A stretch of 64,000 nucleotides of DNA, from positions 2,496,001-2,560,000 of the forward strand of contig OZ253375.1 of the NCBI GenBank assembly GCA_965261005.1, given 5' to 3'. Both the position numbers and the translations under genes were made by a program. The DNA comes from Deinococcus sp. (GTDB lineage: Bacteria; Deinococcota; Deinococci; Deinococcales; Deinococcaceae). The notes under the pieces are model-generated. The model saw only the letters and a program-made list of their open reading frames with translations, did not search any database and was not told where the DNA came from. Below are positions 1 to 11,133 of the stretch, one piece after another. Position 1 is the stretch's first letter. Every line of letters begins with the position of its first letter.

Positions 1-2
1 TC

Positions 3-1109
3 GCGCGCACCGGGAACCCCGCCGTGACCGGCTTTCAATTGCCCAAGATCGTGTGGCTGCGAGGGGCCGAGCCGCAGAACTTCGCCCGGCTGCGCCACGC
101 CCTGCTGCCCAAGGACTACCTCGGCTTCGTCCTGACCGGCGAACTGGTCACCGAGCCGAGCGACGCCTCCGGGGTGGGCGCCCTCAACCTGGCGGCGCGC
201 GACTGGGACGCGGACGTTTTGGCGGCCCTCGACCTCGACAAGAGTTTGTTTCCCGAGGTCGTGCCGTCGCATGCCGTTGTGGGGAAGCTGAAGCCCGACC
301 TCGCGCGCGAACTCGGTTTGCCGTCCAGGTTGCCGGTCATTGCCGGGGCGGGGGACAACGCGGGGGCGGCGGTCGGGTTGGGGCTGTCGAGTCAGCAGCT
401 CGGCGTGGGCAGCTTGTCGCTGGGCACCTCGGGCGTGATCTTCCTGCCGCTTGAAACCCCAACCCCCGAGCCGGAGGGGCGCGTTCACCTCTTCTGCCAC
501 GCGGACGGCGGCTACCATCTGCTGGGCGTCACGCTGGCGGCGGCGGGGGCCTTGCAGTGGTTCCGGGACGCCCTCGCCCCCGAAATCGGCTTCGACGCCC
601 TGTTGGCGGAGGCGGGGACGGTGCCGCCCGGCGCCCACGGCCTGACCTTCGTCCCGTACCTGGCCGGCGAGCGCAGCCCCCACCTGAACCCCGACGCGCG
701 CGGCATGTTCGCGGGCCTGTCCCTGGCGCACGGGCGCCGGGAGATGGTGCGGGCGGTTCTTGAAGGGACCGTCTTCGCGCTGGAGCAGGCCCTCGACTTC
801 ATGCGGCCCCTCACGCCCGTGAAGCGGCTGCTGACGGTCGGCGGTGGCGCCCGAAGCGACACCTGGCTGGCGGCGGCGGGCGCGGCGCTGCAAGTTCCCC
901 TGGCCCGGCCGAACCTGGAGGCGAGTCCGGCACGCGGGGCGGCGATTCTGGCGCTGGCGGGGGCGGGGGTGTACCCGGATGTTCAAACGGCGATGGCGAT
1001 GGCGGCCCCTGGCGCCGAACCCGCCCCGTCCGGCGACCCCAACGACTACGCCGCCGCCCGCGAGCGTTACCGCGCGGCGTCCGCTTGGGCGCTCCACTTT
1101 CCCCGTTGA
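3..1109 (+). CDS. xylB: Xylulokinase (FGGY carbohydrate kinase), 5'-truncated by the window edge
   Basis: FGGY motifs [38 protein letters not shown]; frame open from position 3. Confidence 0.85.
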   Translation, partial: ARTGNPAVTGFQLPKIVWLRGAEPQNFARLRHALLPKDYLGFVLTGELVTEPSDASGVGALNLAARDWDADVLAALDLDKSLFPEVVPSHAVVGKLKPDLARELGLPSRLPVIAGAGDNAGAAVGLGLSSQQLGVGSLSLGTSGVIFLPLETPTPEPEGRVHLFCHADGGYHLLGVTLAAAGALQWFRDALAPEIGFDALLAEAGTVPPGAHGLTFVPYLAGERSPHLNPDARGMFAGLSLAHGRREMVRAVLEGTVFALEQALDFMRPLTPVKRLLTVGGGARSDTWLAAAGAALQVPLARPNLEASPARGAAILALAGAGVYPDVQTAMAMAAPGAEPAPSGDPNDYAAARERYRAASAWALHFPR

Positions 1110-1717
1110 TGCTCCGCTCTCCCTACCACGGCGGCCACCTGGAGGTGATCGCTGGCCCGATGTTCAGCGGCAAGTCCGAGGAGCTGATTCGCCGCGTCAC
1201 GCGCGCCGTGATCGCCCGCCAAAGGGTGGCGCTGTTCAAGCCGGCCGTGGACGACCGCTACCACGCCACCGCCGTCGCCAGCCACGCCGGCCGCAGCGCC
1301 GAGGCTTACGCGGTGCGCTCGGCAAGCGAGGCCGGGCAACTGCTGCGCGGCGAGACGCCGTTGCTGGTGGGGGAGGCCACCCTGCCCGACGTGGTCGGCT
1401 TCGACGAGGCGCAGTTCTTCGACGCGGGCTTGGTGCCGCTCGCCCTCGACCTCGCCGCGCGGGGCGTGCGGGTCATTCTGGCCGGCCTCGACCTCGACTT
1501 TCGCGGCGAACCCTTCGGCCCCATGCCCGAGCTGCTGGCCCGCGCCGAGAGCGTCGAGAAGCTGAGCGCCGTGTGCGTCTGCTGCGGCGCCCCGGCCACC
1601 CGCACCCAGCGCCTGATCGGCGGCGAGCCGGCCCGCGCGGGGGATCCGGTGGTGCTGGTGGGCGCCTCGGAAAGCTACGAGGCGCGCTGCCGGGTACATC
1701 ACGTGGTCCGGCCCTGA
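1109..1717 (+). CDS. tdk: Thymidine kinase
   Basis: [15 protein letters not shown]-loop, [18 protein letters not shown], Zn-binding CVCC and ARCR; ATG overlaps the xylB stop. Confidence 0.95.
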   Translation: MLRSPYHGGHLEVIAGPMFSGKSEELIRRVTRAVIARQRVALFKPAVDDRYHATAVASHAGRSAEAYAVRSASEAGQLLRGETPLLVGEATLPDVVGFDEAQFFDAGLVPLALDLAARGVRVILAGLDLDFRGEPFGPMPELLARAESVEKLSAVCVCCGAPATRTQRLIGGEPARAGDPVVLVGASESYEARCRVHHVVRP

Positions 1718-1765
1718 ACGCCTGGCCGTAAGACTTTTGTCAGACCTTCTCCCCATACTGAGGGC

Positions 1766-1931
1766 ATGAGTTGAGGCCGGAGTGCTTCAGCTCACCCCCC
1801 AACCTCCGCGTGCGGCGGCACCTTCACTCTCCTCTTCCCCCCTCCAAGCATCGCCGTCCCACCGCCCCGCACGCGATTCTCTTCAAGGCCAAGGCCCCGA
1901 CGAGTGACGACTTGTCGGGGCCTTGGCTTTT
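1766..1931 (+). ncRNA. Candidate structured small RNA with its own -10 box and intrinsic terminator
   Basis: CATACT at 1754-1759; stems 1767-1775/1786-1794 and 1807-1815/1867-1875; C-rich unpaired tracts; long terminator hairpin 1885-1930. Confidence 0.45.
1885..1931 (+). terminator. Intrinsic terminator
   Basis: aaggccaaggccccgacgagt / acttgtcggggccttggcttt inverted repeat ending in a T run. Confidence 0.75.
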
Positions 1932-1947
1932 GTGGTTATGCTGAAGC

Positions 1948-3168
1948 GTGACCGACCTCGAAGCGCTGCGGATGCGGGCGCAGGACTTGTCGAACTCGGA
2001 CGCGGGCGCTTACCTGGCGGAGTTGCCCCTGTTCGAGCGGGACCCGGAGTACGCCCACCTGTGGACGGCCAGCGGCGCGGCGCTCGCCTTTGAGGCGGGA
2101 CACGAGGCCGACGCCCACTTCTGGCTGGATCGCGCCCTGGAGCACGGCTTTTTCCAGGTTGAGCTGTTTCCCACGCTTTCCGCGCTGCTGGAGGTCCACC
2201 CGGACGCGAAGCACGTTAGGGCGCGGCTCGAAAGCAACGCGCCGGTTCCGCCCGTGACCCTGCTGGACTGGCCCGATGCCCCGCTTCACCTGCCGCTGCG
2301 ACTTGGGAATTTGCTGCCGGAGCGCGAGGCGGCCCTGTGCGACCAGTTGCCGCCCGCCGGCGCGACGGCCCTGGAGACGGCCCTCGATGTGCTGGCCTGG
2401 GCGCACGCGCGCTGGGCGCACACCGGCGACAACGGCGGCGCACAGGGCCAGGACGCCCTCGCCATTTTGGAGCGAGCCGCGCGGGGCGAGCGCTTTCGTT
2501 GCGTGGAGTACGGCGTCGTGCTGGCCGCCGCCCTGTGTGCGCGCGGCATTCCGGCGCGCGTGCTGAGGCTGCGGCTCGCGCGCTACCACGCGGGCCTCGG
2601 GGCGGGGCACATTGTCACCGAGGCCTGGATAGACGACCTGAACGCCTGGGCGCCGCTCGACGGGCAAAACGGTGCCTACTGGGCCGACGAGGTGGGCGCG
2701 CCGCTCGCCACGACCGAGCTGCATCGCCGCTGCCGCGCGGGCGAGGCGCCCCCGCGTTTTCTCGACCGGGCGGGTCAGTCTGTCCCCGAGCCGGAATTGT
2801 GGTGGCGCTACTTTGCTCACGTCTCGGCGGGCGCCGAGGTCGTCTCGCCCGGCGAGGCGTTCGTACCGGTCTTTCAGGGTGAGCCGATGCGCGGCGCCCT
2901 GCTGACCCGCCACGCCCAAGCTGTCCGCCCGGACCTGTCGGATTTGCGGACGCGGCTCGGCTCCGGCGGCGAGGGCGTCACGGTGCGGTTTGAGGCGCTG
3001 CATCCCTACGCCCGCTCGGTTGAAATTGACGGCGAGGCCGTTTCCGAGGAGGGCTGGCCGTTAGACGGGCAAGCCGGCACGCACACCCGCGAGGTGCGGG
3101 TCCGCACCCCGTTCGGCACGCTACGGCCGCGTTCGCTGAATTACAAAGTGGCCGAACGGGAGCGCTAA
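1948..3168 (+). CDS. Transglutaminase-like domain protein
   Basis: Cys-His-Asp-type motifs FRCVEY...ARGIPAR, GHIVTEAW, WAPLDG; TATGCT 5 nt before the GTG. Confidence 0.75.
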   Translation: MTDLEALRMRAQDLSNSDAGAYLAELPLFERDPEYAHLWTASGAALAFEAGHEADAHFWLDRALEHGFFQVELFPTLSALLEVHPDAKHVRARLESNAPVPPVTLLDWPDAPLHLPLRLGNLLPEREAALCDQLPPAGATALETALDVLAWAHARWAHTGDNGGAQGQDALAILERAARGERFRCVEYGVVLAAALCARGIPARVLRLRLARYHAGLGAGHIVTEAWIDDLNAWAPLDGQNGAYWADEVGAPLATTELHRRCRAGEAPPRFLDRAGQSVPEPELWWRYFAHVSAGAEVVSPGEAFVPVFQGEPMRGALLTRHAQAVRPDLSDLRTRLGSGGEGVTVRFEALHPYARSVEIDGEAVSEEGWPLDGQAGTHTREVRVRTPFGTLRPRSLNYKVAERER

Positions 3169-3170
3169 AG

Positions 3171-3201
3171 AGAGGGGCAGGCCAAGGTGGCCTGCCCCTC
3201 T
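3171..3201. terminator. Hairpin terminator between convergent genes
   Basis: 14-bp perfect inverted repeat agaggggcaggcca / tggcctgcccctct. Confidence 0.7.
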
Positions 3202-3215
3202 TCCCCTATGCTTTC

Positions 3216-4874
3216 TTAGCGCCGTTCGCGTCCCCGGTAGCCGCGCCGCTCGCCGTCACGGCCGCCGTCGCGCCCGTAGTTGCCGCGCCGTGGGCCGGCG
3301 TTTCTGGGGCCGCGCCCCTCGCGCTCGGGCACCTCGAACAGCTCGGGCAGCTCCTCGGCGATTTCCACGCGCACCTCGCCCTCCAGCGGGCTGCGTTCCA
3401 GCAGGGCCGGCACCGCCGCCGTGGGCAGGTCCGCGACCGCGCCGCCGCGCCATTGGCGAACCTTGCCCAGCGCGCGCGAGTCGAGGTCGAGGTTGCGCGC
3501 CAAGAGAGCCACCGCGCGGGCCACGCTCAGGCGCTCGGCGTGCAGGACGACGGTGGTCATGCCTTCCTCGCCGGACAGGAGGGAGGCGTTGGTGACCGGC
3601 TGGGTCACGCCCGCGATCTTGGCGAGGGCGCGCGCCAGGGCCTCTAGGCCCAGTTCGCTGAACAGCCGGCCCGCTTCCTCCTCGAAGGGGCCGGCGGCCT
3701 CCGTTTCGACGTGGCGCACCGCGTCGGCGCTGGCCTTGGCGCTGGCCTCGCGCACCTCCTTCGGGGTCGGCACGCCGCGCTCCTCGAACTTGGCGCCGGT
3801 GGCGCGCTCCAGGTTGCGCAGCTCGCGCCCTTCGCGCTCGCCGTACAGCACGATGGCCGTGCCCGCCCGCCCGGCGCGCCCGGTGCGGCCCGAGCGGTGG
3901 ACGTAGGCCTCGGTATCGCTTGGCATGTGATACTGCACCACCAAGTCCACCTCGGGAATGTCGAGGCCGCGCGCCGCCACGTCGGTGGCAACCAGCACGC
4001 GCACCTTGCCGCTGCGAAAGGCGCCTAGGGCGCGCTCACGCTGGCTTTGCGCCAGGTCGCCGTGCAGCCCCTCGGCCTCGATGCCGCGGTGAATCAGCTC
4101 CATCGCTAGCTCGTCCGCCTCCTTTTTGGTGCGGGTGAACACGATGGCGCGCTCGGGGTTGTAGACGGTCAAGAGGTCGGCCAGCACGCGGGTGCGCACC
4201 CGGCCCACCTTGATGGCGTAGTGGGTGACGGTCTGCGACCCTTGCGGGCTGTTCTCGCCGACCAAGTCCACCCGCACCGGCTCGCGCAGGTATTGGCGCG
4301 CCAAGCGCGTCACGATGGGGGGCAGCGTCGCCGAGAACAGCATGGTCTGGCGTTCCGGCGGCGTGGCGCTCAGAATCTGCTCGATGGCGTCGGCGAAGCC
4401 CACGCTGAGCATCTCGTCGGCCTCGTCGAGGACGGCAATTCGCACCTCGTCGAGGCGCAGGTTGCCGCGCTCCAAGTGGTCGATGATGCGCCCCGGCGTC
4501 CCGACGACCACGTCCACGCCGCGCCTGAGGGCGCCTTCCTGCGGGCCGTAGGCGGCGCCGCCGTAGACGGTGACGGTCGAGAGGTGGGCGGCACTCTGCT
4601 CGAACTCGCTGGCGACCTGCTTGGCGAGTTCGCGGGTGGGGGCCAGCACGATGGCGCGCGGCGCGCGGCCACGAGTGGTGTCGGCCTCCAAGCGGGTGGC
4701 GATGGGCAGCGAAAAGGCCAGGGTCTTGCCGGTGCCGGTGCGGGCGCGGCCGACCAGGTCCTGGCCCGCCAGCGTGTGCGGCAGGCTTTCCGCCTGAATG
4801 GGTGAGGGTTCGGTAATGCCGCGCTCGGCGAGCGCCCCCGCGAGTTGAGACGCGATGAGGTCAGAAAACTGCAT
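3216..4874 (-). CDS. DEAD-box RNA helicase (Hera-like)
   Basis: ARTGTGKT, PTRELA, DEAD, SAT, HRSGRTGRAG motifs; RG-rich tail. Confidence 0.95.
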   Translation of the reverse strand: MQFSDLIASQLAGALAERGITEPSPIQAESLPHTLAGQDLVGRARTGTGKTLAFSLPIATRLEADTTRGRAPRAIVLAPTRELAKQVASEFEQSAAHLSTVTVYGGAAYGPQEGALRRGVDVVVGTPGRIIDHLERGNLRLDEVRIAVLDEADEMLSVGFADAIEQILSATPPERQTMLFSATLPPIVTRLARQYLREPVRVDLVGENSPQGSQTVTHYAIKVGRVRTRVLADLLTVYNPERAIVFTRTKKEADELAMELIHRGIEAEGLHGDLAQSQRERALGAFRSGKVRVLVATDVAARGLDIPEVDLVVQYHMPSDTEAYVHRSGRTGRAGRAGTAIVLYGEREGRELRNLERATGAKFEERGVPTPKEVREASAKASADAVRHVETEAAGPFEEEAGRLFSELGLEALARALAKIAGVTQPVTNASLLSGEEGMTTVVLHAERLSVARAVALLARNLDLDSRALGKVRQWRGGAVADLPTAAVPALLERSPLEGEVRVEIAEELPELFEVPEREGRGPRNAGPRRGNYGRDGGRDGERRGYRGRERR

Positions 4875-5024
4875 GTTTTTCCCTTTCTGGGAGAGCGGCT
4901 CCCAAAAAGGGGCGGACGTTCAACCTAACCCCGCCGGGATGGCCCTCCAGTGCCTGTTGGCACGCAAGTGTTAAGTATACACGAACGGGCGGGGTGAAAC
5001 CCCGCCCGCGTGACAAAGCCAGTT

Positions 5025-5363
5025 TCAGCTGAAAACAGCCGTCTCCTCAGGCAAGTTGACCCGCGCCCAACGGTCTATCTCGTCAATCACACCCTGCAAC
5101 TCGCGCCCCGAGGCGCTCAGGGCGTAGTGGGTGCGCGGCGGCATCACCGAGGTGACGGTCTTGGAGATCAGACCGAGCTTTTCCAGATGGTCGAGGCGCT
5201 GTGCCAGGGTCGCGGGGTTGCAGCCGCCAACTGAGCGCGCCAACTCGTTGAAGCCTTTGTCGCCGGCCAGCAGCGAGCGGATAATGTGCAACACCCACTT
5301 CTCCTGCAAAACGCCGATGGCCCGGTGAACCGGGCAAAACGCGTGCTGCACTTCGGTGTTCAT
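5025..5363 (-). CDS. HxlR-family winged-helix transcriptional regulator
   Basis: N-terminal CPV, KWVLHIIRSL, FNELA, TLAQRL, PPRTHYALS; divergent from the nitroreductase. Confidence 0.9.
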   Translation of the reverse strand: MNTEVQHAFCPVHRAIGVLQEKWVLHIIRSLLAGDKGFNELARSVGGCNPATLAQRLDHLEKLGLISKTVTSVMPPRTHYALSASGRELQGVIDEIDRWARVNLPEETAVFS

Positions 5364-5421
5364 CCATCAAGTATACGCCGCCGACAAGGCCGCGGGTGAA
5401 CAATTGGTGTGTGTCATATAG

Positions 5422-5459
5422 TGCTTGACAAAGCAAAGTGCTTAAAATAGAATATTGGT
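5422..5459 (+). promoter_or_regulatory. Sigma70 promoter of a leaderless nitroreductase mRNA with probable HxlR operator
   Basis: TTGACA (5425-5430)-N17-TAGAAT (5448-5453), ATG 6 nt downstream; inverted repeats TGCTT/AAGCA overlap the promoter. Confidence 0.7.
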
Positions 5460-6080
5460 ATGACCCAAACGCAGTCCAAATCCCTCTCCGTTCAGGAAGC
5501 CGCCGAGACCCGCCGCTCGATTCGTCAGTTCGTGCAGGAACCGGTGGACCAAGCTGACCTGCGCGAGATTCTGCGCCTCACCAGTCTGGCGCCCAGCGCC
5601 AGCAACGTGCAGCCTTGGCGCTTAGCGGTGATTCAGAACAAGGAATTGCAAAGTCAGCTTCAGGAGGCCGCCTTCGGCCAGAAGCAGGTCGGCAACGCCC
5701 CCGCCGTGATCGTGCTGTACTCCGACATGGAGGACGCCCTCGCCAACATTGAGCGCGTGATGCACCCCGGCATGGGCGAGGAGCAGATCGCGGCGCGCTC
5801 GGCGGGCTTTCGCAAGAACTTTCAGGACAAGTCCCTCGAAGAGCGCGCCCGCTGGGCCAACGCCCAGACCAACATCGCCCTCGGCTACCTGCTGCTCTCG
5901 GCGCGTGGTCTGGGGTACGACACCTCCCCCATGTTGGGCTTCGATCCCCAAAAGGTAAAGGAGCTGCTGAACCTGCCCCCCCACGCCGAGATCGCCGCGC
6001 TGGTCGCCCTGGGCAAGCGCGCCGAGGAAGGCTTTCCTCATCACCGCCACGCCGTGGAGCACGTCGCCACCTTTTACTGA
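5460..6080 (+). CDS. Nitroreductase-family flavoprotein (NADH oxidase-like)
   Basis: [28 protein letters not shown]. Confidence 0.92.
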   Translation: MTQTQSKSLSVQEAAETRRSIRQFVQEPVDQADLREILRLTSLAPSASNVQPWRLAVIQNKELQSQLQEAAFGQKQVGNAPAVIVLYSDMEDALANIERVMHPGMGEEQIAARSAGFRKNFQDKSLEERARWANAQTNIALGYLLLSARGLGYDTSPMLGFDPQKVKELLNLPPHAEIAALVALGKRAEEGFPHHRHAVEHVATFY

Positions 6081-6128
6081 GCGTGACTGAAGACTTGCGT
6101 GCGGGCGCGTCTGTTGGCGCGCCCTTTT

Positions 6129-6506
6129 TCATTCCGCGCAAGCCGGGCAGACGCCGTAAAGCGTGACCTCGTGGGCCTCGACCAGGTAGCCGCCAAGATA
6201 CGGTGCGCCGCGGGGTAATTCCAGCGGGCACACGTCCAAATCGAACACGCCGCCGCAACTCCGGCAAGCGAAGTGATGGTGATGGCCCAGGTCCGCGCGC
6301 TCGAAGCGCGACTCGCCGTCCAGGGTCAGGGCGCGCACCTTGCCCTCGTCTTGCAGCCGCTTGAGGACGCGGTACACCGTCGCCACGCCGAGCTGCGGCA
6401 ACTCCGTCCCGGCGCGGGCGTGTAACTCGGCCACGCTCAGCGGTCCGGGAGCCGCCGCGAGGGCGCGCTCGATCACGCCTTGCTGTCTGGTGTTTCGCCG
6501 CTCCAT
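6129..6506 (-). CDS. Fur-family transcriptional regulator
   Basis: [21 protein letters not shown]-terminal GVCPAC. Confidence 0.92.
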   Translation of the reverse strand: MERRNTRQQGVIERALAAAPGPLSVAELHARAGTELPQLGVATVYRVLKRLQDEGKVRALTLDGESRFERADLGHHHHFACRSCGGVFDLDVCPLELPRGAPYLGGYLVEAHEVTLYGVCPACAE

Positions 6507-6586
6507 GGGGACAGTTTATCAAGCGGAACCCAAGAGAAAAGGCGCCCCAACCTGGGACGCCCAGCCACGTTCGCTTTTCGTCCTCG

Positions 6587-7030
6587 TTACATCGGGCGCT
6601 TGGGATCGTCGCGCTGCCCTTCGCTGCCGCCGTGTGGCTGCTGCGCGCGCTGGGTCAGGTTGTCGGCGAGGCGGTCGAGTTGGGGTTTCAGGTAACGGTC
6701 TTGCAGCAGCCGCAAGCCCACGGTCGTGGCCGCCGCGACCAGGCCACCGGTCAGGCCGCCCCCGCCGCCCCCCTTGCCGGCCTTGTGCTGGGCCTTGGCA
6801 AAGGCCTTTTGCTCTTTGGCGCTGGAGTTGGCGTCCACGTAGACCCGTTTGGTGCGCTTGAAGCGGCTGCCCACCAGCACCCCCAGCAGCGCGCCCACGC
6901 CGCTGGCGCCGCCGATCATCTTGAGGGGGTCCTTTTGCATTTGGGTGTAGAGGTTGACGCGTCCCGCCAACTCGTCCACCGAGCGGCGCAGCTTTTCGCG
7001 GGCCTCGTAACGGTCGTCGCGGTCGCTCAC
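6587..7030 (-). CDS. Hypothetical membrane-associated protein (DUF3618-like)
   Basis: N-terminal helix AREKLRRSVDELA followed by a hydrophobic segment; GTGA overlap with the upstream gene. Confidence 0.65.
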   Translation of the reverse strand: MSDRDDRYEAREKLRRSVDELAGRVNLYTQMQKDPLKMIGGASGVGALLGVLVGSRFKRTKRVYVDANSSAKEQKAFAKAQHKAGKGGGGGGLTGGLVAAATTVGLRLLQDRYLKPQLDRLADNLTQRAQQPHGGSEGQRDDPKRPM

Positions 7031-7749
7031 TTGCGGTCCTCCGGCTCGGGCACGTTGGGGTCAGTCACACTAGGGTTGGGCAGTTTCGGTTCCACGGTGA
7101 TAACGCCGTCGGGCTTGGTGCTCACGGGAATGCCGTCGCTTGGCGCGTCGCGCCGGAGCGGCGCCCCGCCGGTCGTGGTCGGGGTCGCGGTGGGCGCCGG
7201 CCTGGACGTGGTGTCACCCGGGTATGGGTCGCGCGGCCCGGACGTGCTGCGGGTCGCCTCGCCGCTGCGCTGCTCGCGCAATTCCTCGCGGGCGTCGCGC
7301 AGGTTTTCTTGGGCCTGCTCGACCTTCTTCTCGTCTTGATCCTCGCGCTTCTGGGCTTGGTCGAGCTTTTTCTGGGCGCGGTTCACATCGTCCCGTGCCA
7401 CGTCCTCGGAGGTGACCGGCTCGGTCTTGACCTCGGCCGTGAGCCGCTGCACCCCGATGGCGACCAACACGCCCGCCACGATCAGGGAGACCACTGCCAC
7501 GATCAGGGCGCTGGCCCAGGCCGGCAACACCAGCAGCAGCAGATAAAACACCGTCAGAATCAAAAAGATCAGCGCGATGACGAGGGGCGTCAGGGCGGCC
7601 AGCAACAGCAGCACGCCGACGCCCTTGGCCTTGAGAATCTCGCCGATGCGGTTCGAGAGGGCCTTGATCTCGGTGCGAATCAGCACCACGGCCGCGTCGT
7701 ACACGTCAATCAGGGCGCTGCCAATGCTTCTGGGTTCGTTTGGTTGCAT
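7027..7749 (-). CDS. Phage-holin-family (DUF1469-like) membrane protein with coiled-coil tail
   Basis: SIGSALIDV...LIRTEI motif, two long TM segments, charged C-terminus; start moved to MQPNE. Confidence 0.7.
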   Translation of the reverse strand: MQPNEPRSIGSALIDVYDAAVVLIRTEIKALSNRIGEILKAKGVGVLLLLAALTPLVIALIFLILTVFYLLLLVLPAWASALIVAVVSLIVAGVLVAIGVQRLTAEVKTEPVTSEDVARDDVNRAQKKLDQAQKREDQDEKKVEQAQENLRDAREELREQRSGEATRSTSGPRDPYPGDTTSRPAPTATPTTTGGAPLRRDAPSDGIPVSTKPDGVITVEPKLPNPSVTDPNVPEPEDRK

Positions 7750-7818
7750 GCTGCCTCTCTTTACGCTTCGTTTTTGCTTCGGACCTCGCTCCGAGTCGCA
7801 CCCAGCATAATGTTTTCC

Positions 7819-8493
7819 ATGAGAACGCGCCGTCACTCTAAAGAAGCCCTAAAACGCGCTGAAGGTGGCGCCCCGGGGGCGCTGACGCCCGCCCAGCGCA
7901 GCAATTTTCTGCTCCCCGTGGCGAGCGGCTACCATGCTTGGCGCACACGGTCGCTCAGCCTGCTCAGCGGCCAAAGCCTGCCGCTGACGCGCGAGGCGGC
8001 GCTGTTTCGTGCGCTCGCGCGTCCGGGGGCGGGCGAGCGCTGGCTGGACGTGGGCACCAGCGCCGGCTTTTACGCCGGCGTGCTGGCGGACGCGGGCGCG
8101 CGGGTGCTGGCAAGCGACATCTCGCCCCCGATGCTGGCGGTGGCGGCGCGGCGGCATTCCTCCCCGCTGATCGAACCCGCCTTGCTGAACGCCGAGTCAA
8201 GCGGTCTGCCGGCGGCCAGCTTCGACGGCGTCACGGTGGGCGCCACGCTCAACGAGACGGCGCGCCCCTTCGCGATGCTGGCGGAATGCGAGCGCCTGCT
8301 GCGCCCCGGCGGCCGGCTGTGGCTGATGTACGTCGCGCGGGACGGCTCGGCAGGGCAACGGGTCCTGGGCACCCTCGGCGGCCTGACCTTTCCGGCGCGC
8401 GCGCAGGTGGCGCGCGCCTTGCCAAGCTGTACCCTGAATGCGGCGGCCGTGTTCGCCCCGGTGGTCTTCGAGCTGTTTGTAAGAAAACCGTAA
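7819..8493 (+). CDS. Class I SAM-dependent methyltransferase
   Basis: [35 protein letters not shown] 7 nt upstream of the ATG. Confidence 0.85.
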   Translation: MRTRRHSKEALKRAEGGAPGALTPAQRSNFLLPVASGYHAWRTRSLSLLSGQSLPLTREAALFRALARPGAGERWLDVGTSAGFYAGVLADAGARVLASDISPPMLAVAARRHSSPLIEPALLNAESSGLPAASFDGVTVGATLNETARPFAMLAECERLLRPGGRLWLMYVARDGSAGQRVLGTLGGLTFPARAQVARALPSCTLNAAAVFAPVVFELFVRKP

Positions 8494-8552
8494 GTTCGGC
8501 GGCGGCGGCTTTTCTAGACTCGCTGGTACACTCGCGGGAAGGAGCGTGCGGC

Positions 8553-9452
8553 GTGGACAGTTCGGCAGACACAACCTGGCTTCTTCCCAGCGCGCCGGAA
8601 CTGGCAGCGCTGGAGCACAGCCGGCAGTTGACCCGCACGCACTCCAAGACGTTCTACTTCGGGTCGCGCTTCTTCCCCATCCATCAGCGCCGCGCGGTGT
8701 GGGCGGTGTACGCCGTGTGCCGCCTCGGCGACGACATTGTGGACGAGGGGGACGTTGTCGGCGCGCCCGCTCGGTTGGACGCTTGGTGGGACGGCGTACA
8801 AGGGGCCTTTGCGGGCGACCCGCCGGCGGGGGTGCCTTACGCCGCGCTGGCCTGGGCGGTGTCGCGCTACCCGGTGCCGCTGGACGCCTTTTACGAGCTG
8901 TACTTGGGGCTGCGCATGGACTTGGAGGGCCAGCCTTACCGCGACATGGCCGACCTGGAGCTGTACTGCCGCCGGGTGGCCGGCGTGATCGGCTTCATGA
9001 TCTCGCCCATCGCGGGCTACGACGGCGGCGAGGCCACCCTAGAGCGCGCCCTCAAGCTGGGCCAGGCCATGCAGCTCACCAACATTCTGCGCGACGTGGG
9101 CGAGGACGTGGCCCGCGGCCGGGTCTATCTGCCCTCAGAGCTGCTGGCGCGCCACGGCGTCTTCGAGCGCGACGTGCGCGCCGGGCGCCTGTCCCCCGAG
9201 TACCAAGCCTTGACGCGCTACCTCAGCGGCGTCGCCCGCACTTGGTACGCCGAGGGCCGCGCCGGCATTCCCAAGCTGCACGGCCCCGCGCGCCTCGCGG
9301 TCGGGGCCGCCGCCTCGGCCTACGAGGGGATTCTGGACGTTCTGGAGGGCAACGGCTTCGACAACTTCTCGCGCCGCGCCTTTGTCAGCGGCCCACGCAA
9401 GTTGCTGATGTTGCCGGGCGTGCTGTGGAGCTTGCGGGGCGCGCCAGCTTGA
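8553..9452 (+). CDS. crtB: Phytoene synthase
   Basis: [51 protein letters not shown] before the GTG. Confidence 0.95.
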   Translation: MDSSADTTWLLPSAPELAALEHSRQLTRTHSKTFYFGSRFFPIHQRRAVWAVYAVCRLGDDIVDEGDVVGAPARLDAWWDGVQGAFAGDPPAGVPYAALAWAVSRYPVPLDAFYELYLGLRMDLEGQPYRDMADLELYCRRVAGVIGFMISPIAGYDGGEATLERALKLGQAMQLTNILRDVGEDVARGRVYLPSELLARHGVFERDVRAGRLSPEYQALTRYLSGVARTWYAEGRAGIPKLHGPARLAVGAAASAYEGILDVLEGNGFDNFSRRAFVSGPRKLLMLPGVLWSLRGAPA

Positions 9453-9504
9453 GGACGGCTCATCCGTTACAGAGTTGCCCTTTTTTGCGCGGCATGCTGA
9501 GCGC

Positions 9505-11133
9505 GTGAGACGCAAAACCGCCATTATCATCGGCTCGGGCATCGGGGGGCTGGCCTTGGGCATTCGGCTGGGGAGCCTCGGCTTTGACACCACCATTGTC
9601 GAGAAGCTGAACGGTCCCGGCGGGCGGGCCTACCAATTCAAGGCGGACGGCTTCACCTTCGACATGGGGCCGACCGTGATCACCGTGCCGCACTTTATCG
9701 AGGAGCTGTTCTCGCTCTCGCGGGGCGCGGCGGCCTTGGGCGAGCCGGACTACCCGCCGCACACCCTGACCGGAAAGCGGGTGACAGAGGGCGTCAGCGG
9801 CGGGCCGCATACCAGCGAGTACGTCCAGATCGTGCCCATCTCGCCCTTTTACCGCATTTACTTCGACGACGGCAGCTTTTTCGACTACGACGGCGACCCG
9901 GAAAGCACCCGTGCCCAGATCGCGCGTCTGGCCCCCGAGGATTTGGCCGGCTACGAGCGCTTCCACGAGGACGCCCGCGCCATCTTCGAGCGCGGCTTTT
10001 TGGAACTCGGCTACACCCACTTCGGCGAGGTCAGCACCATGCTGCGGGTGGTGCCCGACCTGCTGCGGCTGGACGCGGTGCGCACGCTGTTCTCCTTTAC
10101 AAAAAAGTATTTCCAGAACCCCAAGATGCAACAGGTCTTCAGCTTCGAGACGCTGCTGGTGGGAGGCAACCCCCTCAAGGTGCCGGCCATCTACGCCATG
10201 ATTCACTTCGTCGAGAAGACCTGGGGCATTCACTACGCGATGGGCGGCACGGGCGCCCTGGTGGCGGGCCTGGTGCGCAAGTTCGAGGAGTTGGGCGGGA
10301 CCATACGCTATGGCGCGAAGGTAGAGCGCATTGACGTGGACAAAAAACGGGTGGCGCGCGGGGTCACGCTTCAAAATGGCGAGCAGCTGGCCTCCGACAT
10401 CGTGGTTTCCAACGCCGACTGGGCCAACACCTACCTCAACTTGATCGAGGGGAAGCGCCGCCGGGTCAACAGCGACGCCCGCGTGCGGCTGGCGCGGCAA
10501 TCCATGTCGCTGCTGGTGATCTACTTCGGCTTCCAATCGGACGGCCTACAGCTCGATTTGCGCCACCACAACATCATCCTGGGACCGCGCTACGAGGGGC
10601 TGCTGGGGGACATCTTCGACCGCAAATTGCTGGCGCGGGACTTCTCGCAGTACCTCCACCTGCCCACCCTGACCGACCCGAACTTGGCGCCGCCAGGGCA
10701 CCACGCGGCCTACACCCTGGTGCCGGTGCCGCACAACGGCAGCGGCCTGAACTGGGATGAGGTCGGCCCCAGCATGGTGGACAGGGTGCTGGGCTTCCTG
10801 GACGAGCGGGGGTACATTCCGGGATTGAGGGGGCGGCTGGTCTACCAAAGTTACATCACGCCCGACTACTTCGAGCACACGCTCGACAGCCACCTCGGCA
10901 ACGCCTTCGGGGTAGAGCCGATCCTGGCCCAGAGCGCCTACTTCCGCCCACACAACAAGAGTGAGGATGTGCGCAACCTCTATCTGGTCGGCGCCAGCGC
11001 GCAGCCGGGGGCGGGCACGCCCTCGGTGATGATGTCGGCCAAGATGACCGCCCGCCTGATCGCGCAGGACTTTGGCATTCACGGGAGCGTCGTGAACGGG
11101 CGACCCGGCGGGCTTGCGTCAGCGCCTGAGTAG
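9505..11133 (+). CDS. crtI: Phytoene desaturase
   Basis: [42 protein letters not shown]; directly follows crtB; exact start uncertain (9475 or 9505). Confidence 0.95.
   Translation: MRRKTAIIIGSGIGGLALGIRLGSLGFDTTIVEKLNGPGGRAYQFKADGFTFDMGPTVITVPHFIEELFSLSRGAAALGEPDYPPHTLTGKRVTEGVSGGPHTSEYVQIVPISPFYRIYFDDGSFFDYDGDPESTRAQIARLAPEDLAGYERFHEDARAIFERGFLELGYTHFGEVSTMLRVVPDLLRLDAVRTLFSFTKKYFQNPKMQQVFSFETLLVGGNPLKVPAIYAMIHFVEKTWGIHYAMGGTGALVAGLVRKFEELGGTIRYGAKVERIDVDKKRVARGVTLQNGEQLASDIVVSNADWANTYLNLIEGKRRRVNSDARVRLARQSMSLLVIYFGFQSDGLQLDLRHHNIILGPRYEGLLGDIFDRKLLARDFSQYLHLPTLTDPNLAPPGHHAAYTLVPVPHNGSGLNWDEVGPSMVDRVLGFLDERGYIPGLRGRLVYQSYITPDYFEHTLDSHLGNAFGVEPILAQSAYFRPHNKSEDVRNLYLVGASAQPGAGTPSVMMSAKMTARLIAQDFGIHGSVVNGRPGGLASAPE

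Noticed and set aside
7027..7749. Holin indicating a prophage
   Set aside because: This membrane family is common in chromosomal stress-type operons and has no phage neighbours here.
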